A DNA stretch of 64,000 bases, taken from the NCBI GenBank assembly GCA_965247115.1, contig CBDFGR010000003.1, positions 1,056,001 to 1,120,000 of the forward strand, written 5' to 3'. Below, one piece after another: positions 23,972 through 35,810 of this stretch. The position numbers and the translations under genes were made by a program. The notes under the pieces are model-generated. The model worked only from the letters and a program-made list of their open reading frames with translations, was not told the origin of the DNA and did not search any database. The first letter of the stretch is position 1. Each line of letters opens with the position of its first letter. Source of the DNA: Myxococcota bacterium. Its GTDB lineage: Bacteria; Myxococcota_A; UBA9160; SZUA-336.

Positions 23972-24480
23972 TCACGCGCTCAGCGTCTCCGCCCGAATCT
24001 CGCCGTCGTCCGCCTCCGCCGTGAGGATCACGGTTCCGAGGGCCTTCGCGTGGGCGGCGACCGCCTTTCGGTTTTCCGGATCCAGTCCCTCTCAGGCCTC
24101 CTGGCGCACGACCAGGAGTCCGGAAGCCCCCACGGCCGCGACCGCAATGTCGAGCGACTTCCGCCAGCGCTCGCCCTGGGAGATCTCGGCGAAGGGGATG
24201 AGGCCCCGACTGGTGCGGACCACGAGACGACCCTCTTGAATCGCCATGTCGTCACCGCAGACGCCGGCGACGGCCACCGTCACGACGGTCTCCGTGCCCT
24301 GCGCAGCAAGGCGCAGCTCGTCACCCTGCCGGCGGGCATCATCCGCCTGCTTGGCCAGGGTACTCGTACTCCTCGCGAAGGTTGGCCGAGCGCTCCTTCA
24401 TCGAAGCGCGCTCGACCAGGTTGTGGTGCGGGAAGGCTCGATTGAGCTGGCCAAGGATCTCGTCAAGACCGCCGCCGTTG
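23972..24480 (-). pseudogene. Phage-type SMC/AAA ATPase C-terminus with an in-frame TGA (approximate start)
   Basis: Coiled coil, then FAEISQGERW (signature-like) and LLVVRQEA*EGLDP. Stop at 24092-24094 with the frame continuing to 23972. Confidence 0.55.
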
Positions 24481-24985
24481 CCCCTCGGGACGGGGGCCGG
24501 ATGATGCCTAGGACGCGCCGATCACTCTCTGCATGTCGGACCAAAGCTCCGGGGCCGACGGGCGAACGTCGGGCAAAATAGCCGTCCGCGGTGCCACGTA
24601 GTGCCGCCTACGTGCCACCAAGTGCCGCTATCACGGCGTTCGTACTCTGAACACCGTGCACACTTTCGCTTTTCCGCTTCCACGCTGCGCAGCCTCTTTC
24701 GCAATAATTTTCCGGCGATCTCTCGCAATAATCCGGTGACGTGGCCGCACCCTCTTCGACGAGCTGCGCGCCGAGCAGGAGGCCGACGCGCCCACGCGCG
24801 CAGCTGGGCCGAACAGAAGTTCCGCCGTCAGTTAGGCCTGTTCTCCTACGGGTTGATCTCCCTGCCCTGACAATCGTCGGCGTTAAACGCGCGGCCCTCG
24901 TTCCTCCGTCCGCCAAGCCTCGATTCCCGTATTCAGCACCGAATTGGAGGGCAGCCCCACTTCCCGTCTCGCCCAGCTTAGCCAG

Positions 24986-25251
24986 TCAGGGTTTCTCCAG
25001 CTCCACCTTCTTGCACAACGCCAAAAGTGAGCAGCCATATGACGGATTCAGCTCGACAAGCAACATCCGCTCGGCCTCTACTCGCGTCAGCAACTCTGCT
25101 GGGCGCTTATTGTCGTTCTTCGAGCCGGTAAGATCGAAAAGACGATTGAGTGTCTCCCCATCCGTCGCCTTGCAGCTCCGAACGACCACATCCAGAATGA
25201 TATTGCCCTCACGAAAGTCGTGTGCCTTAAGTCTTTCTACCTGGCGTAGGG
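24986..25251 (-). pseudogene. Small protein C-terminus, possibly a toxin immunity protein, cut by IS256
   Basis: DFREGNIILDV...ELNPSYGCSLLALC. Lower GC, downstream of the RHS gene on the same strand. Confidence 0.45.
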
Positions 25252-26622
25252 GGATGTCCCGGAGGCTGTTGGACTTGAAGACTTGAAAGACTGAGAGCGG
25301 CGGCTCCTTCCGCCTCCGTGTGTTACGGAGGTGGTGCCAACCATAAGGAAGGAGCCACCATGGCCAAGCATGCCAGTCCGCCCGCTCATCTCCAAGTCGT
25401 CGAGTCTCCGAAGACCGTGGCGGTCCAGATCCCGCTGCCCGTTCTGGGGGCGCTCGTGGACGCGAAGAGTGCCCTGTTCGACCTGTGTGTCGGCGTGGGC
25501 CAGCAGGTCCTGGGCGTGCTGATGGAGCACGACCGGGACACGTTCTGCGGCCCGAAGGGGAAGCAGGACCCCAAGCGGAAGGCGGTCCGCGGGGGCAGCA
25601 CGCGCTCAGAGGTAACGCTCGGAGGACGCCGAATCCCGGTCCGTCGGCTTCGGGCACGAGGCGCCGCAGGCGAGCTCGCGCTGCCGAGCTTCGTCTTTGC
25701 TGCCGACCGGGATCCGTTGGATCGACACACGCTAGAAGCGATCGCGTGCGGCGTATCGACGCGCAAGTACGCGCGGAGCCTCGAGCCGCTCGCCGAGGGG
25801 GAGGAGCGGAGCATCTCGAAGAGCGCTGTGTCGCGGCGATTCGTGGCGCTGTCCCAGCAGCAGATGACAGCGTGGCTGACCAAGCCGCTTCACGACGTGG
25901 ACCTCCGGGTCCTGGTGATCGACGGAGTCGTGTTTCGGGACCACACGATCCTGATCGTGCTGGGTGTGGACAGCGACGGGCGGAAGCACGTCCTGGGCCT
26001 GCGCGAGGGCACGACCGAGAACAGCCGGGTAGCGCAGGCGCTGCTCCGCGATCTGCTCGAGCGGGGTCTCGACTCCGAGCGCGCACGCGTCTTCGTGATC
26101 GACGGGTCGAGGGCGCTGCGGGTCGCGATCCGCAAGACCTTCGATCGGCTGGGGGTCGTGCAGCGCTGCCAGATCCACAAGCGGAGGAACATCCTCTCGC
26201 ACTTGCCCGAGGCACTCCACGCCAGCGCGTCCAAGGTCCTGGTCGAGGCCTGGGACAGCCCGGACGCGGAGCTGGCGGAGCGTCGTCTGCAGAGGCTCGC
26301 CGACTCGCTCGAGACCGAGCATCCCGGAGCCGCGGCGTCGATCCGCGAAGGCCTCGAGGAGACGCTCACACTCCAACGCCTGGGGCTCAAGGGCGCACTG
26401 TACCGGACCCTGCGGAGCACGAACACGATCGAGAACCTCAACGGTTCGGTCGCGACCTACACACGCAACGTGAAGCGGTGGCGTGGAGGCTCGATGCTCG
26501 TCCGCTGGGTCAGTGCGTCCGTGCTCGATGCCACGCGGCGCTTCCGAAGGGTCCGCGGATATCGAGACCTCGCCGCCCTCGTCGTCGCACTGCAGAAGGT
26601 CGAAGACCAACAGCAAGACGCC
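25252..26622 (+). mobile_element. IS256-family element, transposase from ATG 25360; right IR not seen
   Basis: GVSTRKY, LVIDG, FVIDGSRAL, QRCQIHK and RSTNTIENLN. Left end gggatgtcccgg. Confidence 0.9.
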
Positions 26623-26853
26623 ATCCACCCTTTATCATCGACTAAGTTTCCATATGCATCATGCGGCTCATAGCCCCTCAAAACCAAAGACGGCGATGTC
26701 TCGTTCGGTGTTGAACTTCGAGAACGGCGGCTCCGGGTAGGTAAATCTTCCCACCTACCAGCAACTTGCTCAATGGTAAAGTCTTCGTCAACGGACCTTT
26801 CGACGCCTTGCGCTTTCGTAAAGTCCATGAAGCTATCGAACTCACTCTCTTTT

Positions 26854-29018
26854 TCATGTAGCCTCTGCAAAGGCTACGGTATCGGCGCCGTTAGCGAACT
26901 TTTCGCCGCCTAGGGTGGAGGTCGTGTCGGTAACGACCGCATCGCTGACGGTTCGGCTCTGCGCTGGAACCGGGCCGGTTGCCGAGTCGTCGACGTTGTC
27001 CTGCCTGGAGCGGCTGTGCTCCGAGCCGACGTCCCCGCCCGCGCCCTGGGGAGGTGTCTCGATCGGATCGGCGGGGCTTTCGGTATCCGCACGCGAGAAC
27101 ACTCGACCGAGGTGATCGGCAACGAACTTGGCTAGGCCGCTGAGGAAGGTCGCCATTCGGATGCCTTGGGACACGGTCGGGAAAGAAAAGTCGCTAGACA
27201 CGATCTTGAAAGGAACGCCGATGACCACGATCTCGTCGGGCACGTGCAAGTAGCCCGAGGGGTCGGTGAAGGACAGCGGATTGTTGTGTGTGCAGGTGTA
27301 GCGGTTCCATCCCTGGGTCGACCCGGGGAATTGGATGAACGGATCCGCGCTCAGGAACCGGCCCAGGACCGGGTCGTAGACCCGGCCGTTCATGTGGACT
27401 AGCACGAAGTCGTCCAGATGCTCGTGGTCGGTGAACCCGCGCGGGGTCTGGACCCCGGCAATCGCCAGCGCCGCGTCCCCCCAGGCGTCCTCTCCCGAAG
27501 CCACCCGCCGCATGCCGAACGAGTCGTAGGCCAAGCGCTCCACCACCGCGCCGCTCGCGTCTGTAATGGTGTCGACCGAGCCCAGATGGTCCCGGTGCAG
27601 ATAGCGCAGTGCCGTACTCGGTGTCGCCGCATCGTCGCGGGTGTGCATCGCGACCCGCGTGCCCCGGGCGAAGATATAGTGGATGTTCCGCGTCGCCTCG
27701 CCGGTCTTGGCCACCTGCTCAAACCAGCCCCCGACATACGTGATGGTGGTCGTCACCGCCCCCTGCACCTTGGTCTGTCGGCTGCGGGCCCGCTCCGGGT
27801 CGTATTCGAAGGTCGTGCTGGTTGCGGTGTCCACGACGGTCTTGGGCTTGTTGAAGCTGGTCCAGGTGAGCGTGCGCCCGGCGCCGGAGATCCGATTGCC
27901 GTTGTCGTCGTAGGCGTAGGTGTTGCCGCCCGCGCCGACCACCGCGTGCGGGCCCGCGTCCCCCGCCCCGGCCTCGTTGCTTGTGCCGTAGACGTAGTCC
28001 GCCGCCCCCACATCGGACTTGTGGACGATGTTTCCGATGGCGTCGTAGCGGTAGCTCTTGGTCTCCCGCGTGCTGTCGTCGTCGGCGTCGTAGACCGTCG
28101 CCCCTGTCAGCCGATTCAGGGAGTCGAAGGTGAAGGTCTCGTACACGTCCTGGAGGAAGTCCTCGCGGCTGGTCAGGTTGCCCAGGCGGTCGAACCCATA
28201 GCCCAGGTCCTGGACGCTGGCCGTATCCCCGGGACCCGACTGGATCGCCGTGACCGCCCCGGTCTTGGGATCGTAGGTCCGCGTCGTGCCGATGCCGTTG
28301 CCGAAGTCCGCCTCGGTGATCTGGCCCGCGGCATTCATCTCTTCCGCCGTCCAGTACACTGTCGCCGGCGTCGCCGCGTTGGAGACGGACTCCAGATATC
28401 CGCTGGCCGTGTAGCCATGCGCCACGGCAAAGCCGGTCTCCGGATAGGTCAGCTGCGCCACCCGGCTGGCGCCGTCGTAGCTCCTCGTGACGCGGTAGCT
28501 GTCCTGACCCAGCGTCACCGTTTCGCTAGAGGCCCGTCCCCGCAAGTCATAGACGTGGCTGCGCTCGTACCCGCCGGGACCGCTCACCCGGTGCAGCTTG
28601 CCCGTGCCCCAGGCGGCCGTGTCGTACGTCCAGCTCGTCGTACCCTCGGCCTCGCTGCGCCCCGTCATCCGCCCCAGCAGATCGTAGGTCAGGCTCACGG
28701 TCTGGGCCACGGCGTCGGTCTGCGACACCAGCTCGCCCAGCGCGTTGTAGGTGTAGGTCCAGGTCCCCATGTCGGGGTCGTCTCGGCGGACCTGGCGGCC
28801 CCGGATGTCGTAGCTGAGCGTGATCGCATCGTCCGCCGCTCCGGTGGTGGTCCGCCGGTTGCCCCACACGTCGTAGGTGTAGCTCGTGGCATTGCCCAGC
28901 GGATCTTCCACCCGCACCGGCTGGCCCCGCGCATGGCGGTCGCGGGTCGTCGTGCGGGCCGTCGTGCTGCCCGCCGGGAACACCTGGATGCGCTGGCGCA
29001 CCGCGTTGTTCGACAGGC
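26854..29018 (-). pseudogene. RHS/YD-repeat protein with RHS-associated core, N-terminally truncated
   Basis: Many YD repeats, YLHRDHLGS, RGFTDHE, MNGRVYDP.LGRFLSADP and NNPLSFTDPSG. Cut by IS1380. Confidence 0.92.
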
Positions 29019-29620
29019 CCCGCGTCGGCTTCATCGTCACCAACCTGTCCCGCCCCGCCGAGCGGGTGGCAGCCTTCTACAATAAGCGCGGTACGGCAGA
29101 GCAATGGATCAAGGAGGGCAAGAACGCCATCAAGTGGACACGACTTTCGTGCAGGAAGTTCCGCAACAATGCCGTCCGGCTCCAGCTTCATGCCCTGGCC
29201 TACAATCTGGCCAACTTCATGCGGACTCTGGCCTTGCCCAAGGAGGTGGAGCACTGGTCTCTGACCCCACTGCGGGAAAAGTTGGTGAAGATCGGTGCGA
29301 AAGTGGTCAGCCACGGGCGCTACGTCACGTTCCAATTGGCCGAGGTGATGGTGCCGAGAGACTTGTTCCAGAAAATCCTGCGGCTGATCGATGATCGGCG
29401 ACCAAGACCCGCCCCGGCGTAGACCGAGGCAATCGACGGCAAGGTGAAAATGATCGGAGAGATGCGTCTGGATGACGGAAAATAGGGGCAAATGGCCTTC
29501 CGGACACAGGAAAACCGAGAACATCAGGTCATCGGATGCCCGCGGAGAACATTCTGTTCCCTCGACGATGGTACGGGGGTATGATTTCCACAAGCCTGGA
29601 GGTTATCTGGGAAATGTCGG
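29018..29620 (+). mobile_element. IS1380-family 3' half with IRR
   Basis: PRVGFIVTNL, FYNKRGTAEQWIKEGK and LAYNLANF. IRR ggttatctgggaaatgtcgg. Confidence 0.92.
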
Positions 29621-29845
29621 GTGAATCCGCAGTTGAGCGCGGACGACTGCTAGACGAGCTCTCGACCGGCTCGGTCAAAGGGTGAATCCACGCTCCTCGC
29701 GGACGATCCGGGAGATCTCAGTCCACAACGTGCAGCTCCTGGCGAACCCGGACTACTCAACGAACGCGCCAGGAGCCGCTTGGCATCGTCCCCGATGGCC
29801 GCGGTCTGCCGGGAGCGAGATCGACGGAGACGAGGAACAAAGACC

Positions 29846-31129
29846 ATGAAACGCAAACCAAAAGGCCCGAAGTACCGGAACCTCTCCGCCCGCGGCAATG
29901 CAATCTACTATGAGCGGGTCATCAATGGCCGCCGAGTCAGGATCTCTGCCAAGACATCCGATTGGGATGAGGCGGCAGCATTTCGAGATCTGTACGAGGA
30001 TGCGAAGCGCACCGGAGCGTACCCAGTGCGCATGTCCGACACACCGACGGTCGCTGAGTTCGCTCCCCAATACCTTCGAGAGGGCATCGACCACCTGGCC
30101 GCGACGACGCAGGCGGACCATCGAAGAGAACTCGGCGATCATCGACCCATCCCGACGTTCTTCGGTCACGTGAAGCTCGCCGAGATCACGAGCGGACAGA
30201 TCCGGCACTTCTGGGCGACGCACGTGAAAGCGAACGGACTCGCGAAGAGCACGGGCGACAACTACGTCGCAGTGCTCGCCGGGATCCTCACCCACGCCCG
30301 CGAGGAGGATCTCGTCCCCGTAGATTACGACCCGATCCGCGAGTGGCGAGAGGCGGGGAAGCACCGGAAGCGAGGAAAGCGCGCACGCGCAGCAGCCGAC
30401 GTCGGTGCCAAGGTCAACCCGATCGAGGATCCTGGGGTCCTGGAGAACCTCCTCGACGCGGCTGAGGCTCGCGGCACCACGGCACGGCTCGTCGCCCTCC
30501 TCTGCCTCGACGCCGGGCTTCGGCTCGGGGAAGCGATCGGGCTGCGATGGGGAGATGTGCACTGGGGAGACGGCGAACGGGACCCCAGGCGCCACCTGCG
30601 AATCCACCGGAACCGCCCGAGGGGCGGAGTCGAGGAGCTTCCCAAAAGCGGGCTCAGCCGCAACGTTCTCTTGAGTATGCGTCTCTGGCGGGCGCTCCGA
30701 TCCGAATACAACCAACGCAGGCTCGAGCCCGACAGTCTCGAGCAGCTGGTGCTCGCCTCTCCCACTGGCGAGCCCCTCGATCCGAACAACTTCCGCCACA
30801 GGCTCTGGAAGACCGTTCTCAAGAAGGCCGACGTCGGCCACTGGACGCCGAAGGACCTCCGAGACTCTTACGCGAGCCACCTGCTAACGCAGGGGGTCTC
30901 GGTCTCCTGGGTGAGTCGCCAGCTCGGACACGCCAGCACGGGAGTCACAGAGAACCACTACGCGACGTGGATCAATGTCGACGGGGTCCCCGTGTACCAC
31001 GCGCCCGCGCTCGACTGGGAGAACGGCGAACAGCCGCCTGATTTGCTCGCGAAGCTCCAGGCTGGCCAGAAGGAGGACGAACTGGAAAAGTACCCCCAGA
31101 AGTCCCCCCATTCGGCCGAGGCAGCCTAG
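29846..31129 (+). CDS. Tyrosine recombinase/phage integrase
   Basis: AGLRLGEAIGLRW, PKSG, KDLRDSYAS, LGHAS and TENHY. Stop is 47 bp from the tRNA-Asp 3' end. Confidence 0.93.
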   Translation: MKRKPKGPKYRNLSARGNAIYYERVINGRRVRISAKTSDWDEAAAFRDLYEDAKRTGAYPVRMSDTPTVAEFAPQYLREGIDHLAATTQADHRRELGDHRPIPTFFGHVKLAEITSGQIRHFWATHVKANGLAKSTGDNYVAVLAGILTHAREEDLVPVDYDPIREWREAGKHRKRGKRARAAADVGAKVNPIEDPGVLENLLDAAEARGTTARLVALLCLDAGLRLGEAIGLRWGDVHWGDGERDPRRHLRIHRNRPRGGVEELPKSGLSRNVLLSMRLWRALRSEYNQRRLEPDSLEQLVLASPTGEPLDPNNFRHRLWKTVLKKADVGHWTPKDLRDSYASHLLTQGVSVSWVSRQLGHASTGVTENHYATWINVDGVPVYHAPALDWENGEQPPDLLAKLQAGQKEDELEKYPQKSPHSAEAA

Positions 31130-31176
31130 AGTCTGGTGCAGAAGCAGCGCAAGTCACTGACTTGACGAAGGTTTGC

Positions 31177-31253
31177 TGGCGGAGCGGACGGGATTCGAAC
31201 CCGCGACCTCCGGCGTGACAGGCCGGCATTCTAACCAGCTGAACTACCGCTCC
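31177..31253 (-). tRNA. tRNA-Asp(GTC)
   Basis: GGAGCGGTAGTTCAGCTGGTTAGAATGCCGGCCTGTCACGCCGGAGGTCGCGGGTTCGAATCCCGTCCGCTCCGCCA. Confidence 0.98.
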
Positions 31254-31297
31254 GAGCGCAGGGTTGGTACCGAAGAGCGCCAGGGTGCGCAATTCTA

Positions 31298-31921
31298 ATG
31301 GCTGTGGGGAGCGAGGCGAGAGCAGATCTCGAGTTTCTCGGGGAGATCCTGGGTCTCTCCCGCGATCCCTCGCTGAACCTGGATGAGTTCGTCGGGAAGC
31401 TCGGCGTGCCCCCCGGGTTGCCAGAGGACGTGGTTCGCGCTGCCGACTCCGCGCTCTATGGAATGGAGGGAAAGATCACACGCCTCGAGCGCGCGGTTCT
31501 GATCCTCGGCGCGCGTACCGTCGCCTCGATCGTCTCTGGGCTCGTCATCCGACGGACTCTGGTCGAGTCGGCGCCCGGCCAAAAGGGACACGCCATCTGG
31601 CTGCACAGTCTGGAGACCGGTATCTGCGCCGAGCTTGTCGCAACGTGTCTGGAGCTAGGCTCCGAGTCGGACGCGTACGTTGCCGGCCTCCTCCACCACC
31701 TGGAAGCGAATGAGCTCCGCGACACCGTGCAGGGACAGCGACACGCCACCCTGGTGCGCGCGGCGCACGCACTCGTTGAGGAGCCGTACGCCGGCTGGAA
31801 GGACGGTTTGCCCGGCGATCAGCGGACTCTCGCGGATCTCGGCCTGCTCAGCGCTGACCTCGTGGAGATTCGCCGAGCCACCCGCGAGCGCACGAAGGCC
31901 CTCACCAGCGTATTTGGCTGA
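31298..31921 (+). CDS. HDOD domain protein
   Basis: SALYG...KITRLERAVLILG, WLHSLETG and AYVAGLLH. Confidence 0.8.
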   Translation: MAVGSEARADLEFLGEILGLSRDPSLNLDEFVGKLGVPPGLPEDVVRAADSALYGMEGKITRLERAVLILGARTVASIVSGLVIRRTLVESAPGQKGHAIWLHSLETGICAELVATCLELGSESDAYVAGLLHHLEANELRDTVQGQRHATLVRAAHALVEEPYAGWKDGLPGDQRTLADLGLLSADLVEIRRATRERTKALTSVFG

Positions 31922-31984
31922 TGCATCGGACCTCCTGATCCGAAGCGGGGCTCGAATCGGCCCTCCGGGTGCACAGACGGACTC

Positions 31985-32000
31985 TTGCCCGGAAGGGCAA
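31985..32000. terminator. Hairpin downstream of tRNA-Val and the HDOD gene
   Basis: ttgccc-ggaa-gggcaa. Confidence 0.45.
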
Positions 32001-32008
32001 CGGCGCCT

Positions 32009-32083
32009 TGGTGGGCGAGGAGGGATTTGAACCCCCGACCAACGCGGTGTAAACGCGTCGCTCTACCCCTGAGCTACCCGCCC
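32009..32083 (-). tRNA. tRNA-Val(TAC)
   Basis: GGGCGGGTAGCTCAGGGGTAGAGCGACGCGTTTACACCGCGTTGGTCGGGGGTTCAAATCCCTCCTCGCCCACCA. Confidence 0.97.
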
Positions 32084-32103
32084 TGGACGCCCTGTGGCGG
32101 CGG

Positions 32104-34560
32104 CTAGTTGACGCCTGCCGGGGCTTCGACCGTGGGCTCCACCCCGAAGATCTCCTCGAGGGGGTACTCCACGATCTCGTGGAAGAGAACGCGATCCTCC
32201 GCCACCAGCGCGTGCTCGAGCACCTGATCCATGTTCTCGACCAGGATGAGGTTCAAGCGGCGCTTGACCTTCGCCGAGATCTCCTTGAGATCGCGCTCGT
32301 TCTCTTTGGGAATGAGAACGTGCTCCACACCGCCCCGCAGCGCCGCAATCAGCTTCTCCTTCAACCCACCGATCGGCAGGATGCGGCCACGCAGCGTGAT
32401 CTCTCCAGTCATCGCGATGTCCGAACGCACTGCCAGTCCCGTCAGCGCAGAGGTGACCGCCACGGCCATCGTGATGCCCGCCGATGGACCGTCCTTCGGC
32501 ACCGCCCCTTCGGGGACGTGTACGTGGATGTCCACCTTCTGGTAGAAGTCGCGCGCGAGACCCAGCTGCTTCGCGCGCCGGCGAACGTAGGAGATCGCGG
32601 CCTGAGCCGACTCCTGCATGACGTCACCGAGCCGCCCGCTGATCTGAACGCGTCCCTTGCCGGACGTGACGAGCGCCTCGATCGTGAGCAGGTCTCCACC
32701 GCCAAGCTCCGTGAAGGCCAGACCGGTGGCGATGCCCACCTGGTCGCTGTCCTCCTTCGTGCCGAAGCGATACTTCACGTTTCCCAGGTGCTTCCGCACC
32801 TGCTTGGGGCCGATCTTCGCCTTGAACTCGGAGTCCGCGACGACCTCGCGGGCGATCTTGCGGCAGATGGAGGCGATCTCGCGCTCGAGGCTCCGGACGC
32901 CGGCCTCCTTGGTGAAGTAGCGGATGATCTCGAGTATGCCCTGATCGCTGAACTCGAGCTGACCCTCGACGAGCCCGTGCTCCTTGACCTGCTTGGGGAC
33001 GAGGAACTTCCGGGCGATCTGCAGCTTCTCTTCCTCGATATACCCGGGCAGGTGGATGATCTCCATCCGGTCCTGCAGCGCAGGAGGAATGCGGCCGAGC
33101 GTGTTCGCCGTCGTGATGAACAGGACCTTCGACAGGTCTGTCTCGAGATCCAGGTAGTGATCCTCGAAGGTCTTGTTCTGCTCGGGATCCAGGACCTCGA
33201 GCAGAGCTGAGCTCGGATCGCCACGGAAGTCGGTCGACATCTTGTCGACCTCGTCCAGCAGGAAGACCGGATTCCCGGTGCCCGCCTTCTTGAGACCGTG
33301 CACGATCTTGCCGGGCAACGCGCCGATGTACGTGCGGCGATGACCCCGGATCTCCGCCTCATCGCGGACGCCTCCCAGGCTGATACGCACGAAGTCCCGT
33401 CCGGTGGCGCGTGCAATCGAGCGCCCCAGCGAAGTCTTGCCTACGCCTGGCGGCCCGACGAAGCAAATGATCGGCCCCTTCATCTCGCCGGCAAGGACGC
33501 GAACGGCGAGGTACTCGAGGATCCGCTCCTTCGGCTTCTCCAGTCCGTAGTGATCCTCGTCCAGGATCACCGCCGCCTCGGAGACGTCGGTCTTCTCGTC
33601 CTTCGTCTCGTTCCACGGCAGGGAAAGGATCCAGTCGATGTAGTTCCGGACCACTGTGGCCTCGGCCGACATCGGCGACATCATCTTGAGCTTCTTGATC
33701 TCCTTCTCGCAGCGCTCGTGGGCCTGCTCTGGGAGATCCTTGGCCTTGAGCTTCTCGTCGAGCTCGTCGACCTCGTTCTTGAACTCGTCCCGGTCGCCGA
33801 GCTCCTTCTGGATCGCCCGCATCTGCTCGTTGAGGTAGTACTCCTTCTGCGAGCGCTCCATCTGCTTCTTCACGCGGGAGCGAATGCGCGTCTCGACCTG
33901 GAGCACGTCGAGCTCGCCCTGCATCAGGGTATAGATCTCCTCCAGGCGCTCGCGCGGACTGGCGATCTCGAGAATCCGCTGCTTCTCCTCCACGTCAAGG
34001 TTCAAGTGAGCAGCGACGGTATCCGACAGGCGCGCGGCGTCCGTGATGGCGGCAACGCTCGCTACCATCTCCGGCGGAACCTTTTTGTTCAGCTTTACGT
34101 AGCTCTCGAAGGTCGAGTTCACGCTGCGCATCAGCGCCTCGGTCTCGATCGTCAGCTCCTCACTCTCGTCGACGTCCTCGACCTTGGCGAGAAGGAAGTC
34201 CTCACCGGACTCGAAGTCGAGGATCCGAACGCGGCGCTTCCCCTCGACGAGGACCTTGACCGTCCCGTCGGGCAGCCGGACCAGCTGAACGATGGCTCCC
34301 AGCGTTCCGATCTTGTTGATCTCGTCCGCTGTGGGCTCGTCCGCCTTCGCGTCCGTCTGTGCCGAGAGCAGGAGCACGCGATCGCGTTGCATGGCGTATT
34401 CGAGGGCGCGGACCGACTTCTCGCGTCCTACAAAAAGCGGCACGACCATGTGCGGAAACACCACTACCTCGCGCAGAGGGAGGAGCGGGACAGCCGTCGC
34501 TTCGGCCGTATCGTCCGACCTCTCGTCGCCCTCGTCCTCATCACCCTTGAAGAAGGCCAT
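32104..34560 (-). CDS. lon: ATP-dependent Lon protease
   Basis: [23 protein letters not shown] and PKDGPSAG. Confidence 0.98.
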   Translation of the reverse strand: MAFFKGDEDEGDERSDDTAEATAVPLLPLREVVVFPHMVVPLFVGREKSVRALEYAMQRDRVLLLSAQTDAKADEPTADEINKIGTLGAIVQLVRLPDGTVKVLVEGKRRVRILDFESGEDFLLAKVEDVDESEELTIETEALMRSVNSTFESYVKLNKKVPPEMVASVAAITDAARLSDTVAAHLNLDVEEKQRILEIASPRERLEEIYTLMQGELDVLQVETRIRSRVKKQMERSQKEYYLNEQMRAIQKELGDRDEFKNEVDELDEKLKAKDLPEQAHERCEKEIKKLKMMSPMSAEATVVRNYIDWILSLPWNETKDEKTDVSEAAVILDEDHYGLEKPKERILEYLAVRVLAGEMKGPIICFVGPPGVGKTSLGRSIARATGRDFVRISLGGVRDEAEIRGHRRTYIGALPGKIVHGLKKAGTGNPVFLLDEVDKMSTDFRGDPSSALLEVLDPEQNKTFEDHYLDLETDLSKVLFITTANTLGRIPPALQDRMEIIHLPGYIEEEKLQIARKFLVPKQVKEHGLVEGQLEFSDQGILEIIRYFTKEAGVRSLEREIASICRKIAREVVADSEFKAKIGPKQVRKHLGNVKYRFGTKEDSDQVGIATGLAFTELGGGDLLTIEALVTSGKGRVQISGRLGDVMQESAQAAISYVRRRAKQLGLARDFYQKVDIHVHVPEGAVPKDGPSAGITMAVAVTSALTGLAVRSDIAMTGEITLRGRILPIGGLKEKLIAALRGGVEHVLIPKENERDLKEISAKVKRRLNLILVENMDQVLEHALVAEDRVLFHEIVEYPLEEIFGVEPTVEAPAGVN

Positions 34561-34571
34561 GAACGTCCCCT

Positions 34572-35810
34572 CTACGCACTCTCTGCGCGGTCGTACACTA
34601 TCATAGGCTCCATACCGTTCCGGATCACGTCCTCACCAATGACGACCTCCGAGACGTCATCCCGGGACGGGATCTCGTACATGATGTCCAGCATGGTTGC
34701 CTCGAGGATCGTGCGGAGTCCGCGGGCTCCAGACTTTCGCTTGATCGCCTCTCTCGCCACCGCTACGAGGGCAGCGTCGGTGAAGCGCAGCGCGACCCCC
34801 TCGAGCTCGAGCAGCTTCTGGTACTGCTTGACGAGCGCGTTCTTGGGTTCGGTCAAGATGCGGACGAGAGCCTCGCCGCTGAGCTCCTCGAGCGAGGCGA
34901 CCACGGGTAGGCGGCCCACAAACTCCGGAATCATGCCGTACTTCAGCAGATCTTCGGACTGGACCTTGGCAAGGGTCACGCCCACTCCGCGCGTCTTCGT
35001 CTTCAGCTGGGAGCCGAAGCCCATTCCCTGAACTCCGACGCGGCGATCGACGATCTCCTCGATCCCGTGGAACGCGCCACCGCAGATGAAGAGGATGTTC
35101 GTCGTGTCGACCTGCACGAACTCCTGCTGCGGGTGCTTGCGCCCGCCCTTCGGAGGCACGTTGGCCACAGTGCCCTCGATGAGCTTGAGCAGAGCCTGCT
35201 GAACCCCCTCGCCGGAGACGTCGCGCGTGATCGATGGGTTCTCGCTCTTGCGCGCCACCTTATCGATCTCGTCGATGTACACGATGCCGCGTTGCGCGCG
35301 CTCGACGTCGTAGTTCGCGATCTGCAGCAGGTTGAGGATGATGTTCTCGACATCCTCACCGACGTAGCCCGCCTCCGTCAGCGTTGTCGCGTCGGCGATC
35401 GTGAAGGGGACGTCGATGATGCGAGCCAGGGTCTGCGCGAGCAGCGTCTTGCCACAGCCGGTCGGTCCGAGCAGCAGCACGTTCGACTTCTGCAGGTCGA
35501 CGTCGCCCACGACCGAGTGGTTCTCGATGCGCCGGTAGTGGTTGTGAACCGCGACCGAGAGCACCTTCTTGGCCTTGTCCTGCCCGATCACGTACTGGTC
35601 GAGGATGTCCCTGATCTCCTTCGGCTTCGGGACGGACGAGGTCGCCGCCTCGGTCTCGCGGCTCGCCTCCTCGGCGATGATGTCGTTGCAGAGCTCGATG
35701 CACTCATCGCAGATGTAGACGGTCGGCCCCGCGATGAGCTTCTTGACCTCCTTCTGGCTCTTTCCGCAGAAGGAGCAGGCCAGGTTCGTCGCGTCTTCCT
35801 TCTTCCTCAC
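34572..35810 (-). CDS. clpX: ClpX ATPase
   Basis: CSFCGK zinc finger, [13 protein letters not shown] and GARGLR. Confidence 0.98.
   Translation of the reverse strand: MRKKEDATNLACSFCGKSQKEVKKLIAGPTVYICDECIELCNDIIAEEASRETEAATSSVPKPKEIRDILDQYVIGQDKAKKVLSVAVHNHYRRIENHSVVGDVDLQKSNVLLLGPTGCGKTLLAQTLARIIDVPFTIADATTLTEAGYVGEDVENIILNLLQIANYDVERAQRGIVYIDEIDKVARKSENPSITRDVSGEGVQQALLKLIEGTVANVPPKGGRKHPQQEFVQVDTTNILFICGGAFHGIEEIVDRRVGVQGMGFGSQLKTKTRGVGVTLAKVQSEDLLKYGMIPEFVGRLPVVASLEELSGEALVRILTEPKNALVKQYQKLLELEGVALRFTDAALVAVAREAIKRKSGARGLRTILEATMLDIMYEIPSRDDVSEVVIGEDVIRNGMEPMIVYDRAESA

Noticed and set aside
24092..24094. Selenocysteine or alternative genetic code reading of the TGA
   Set aside because: TGA is the normal stop for many genes here, and the context is a truncated relic.
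24900..24930. Possible att copy of the tRNA-Asp 3' end (ccgtccgcca)
   Set aside because: Too short, imperfect and in the wrong orientation for a direct-repeat att.
27418..29085. 555-aa plus-strand ORF
   Set aside because: Antisense shadow of the RHS gene, expected from high-GC codon bias.
33298..35031. 577-aa plus-strand ORF
   Set aside because: Antisense shadow of lon/clpX.
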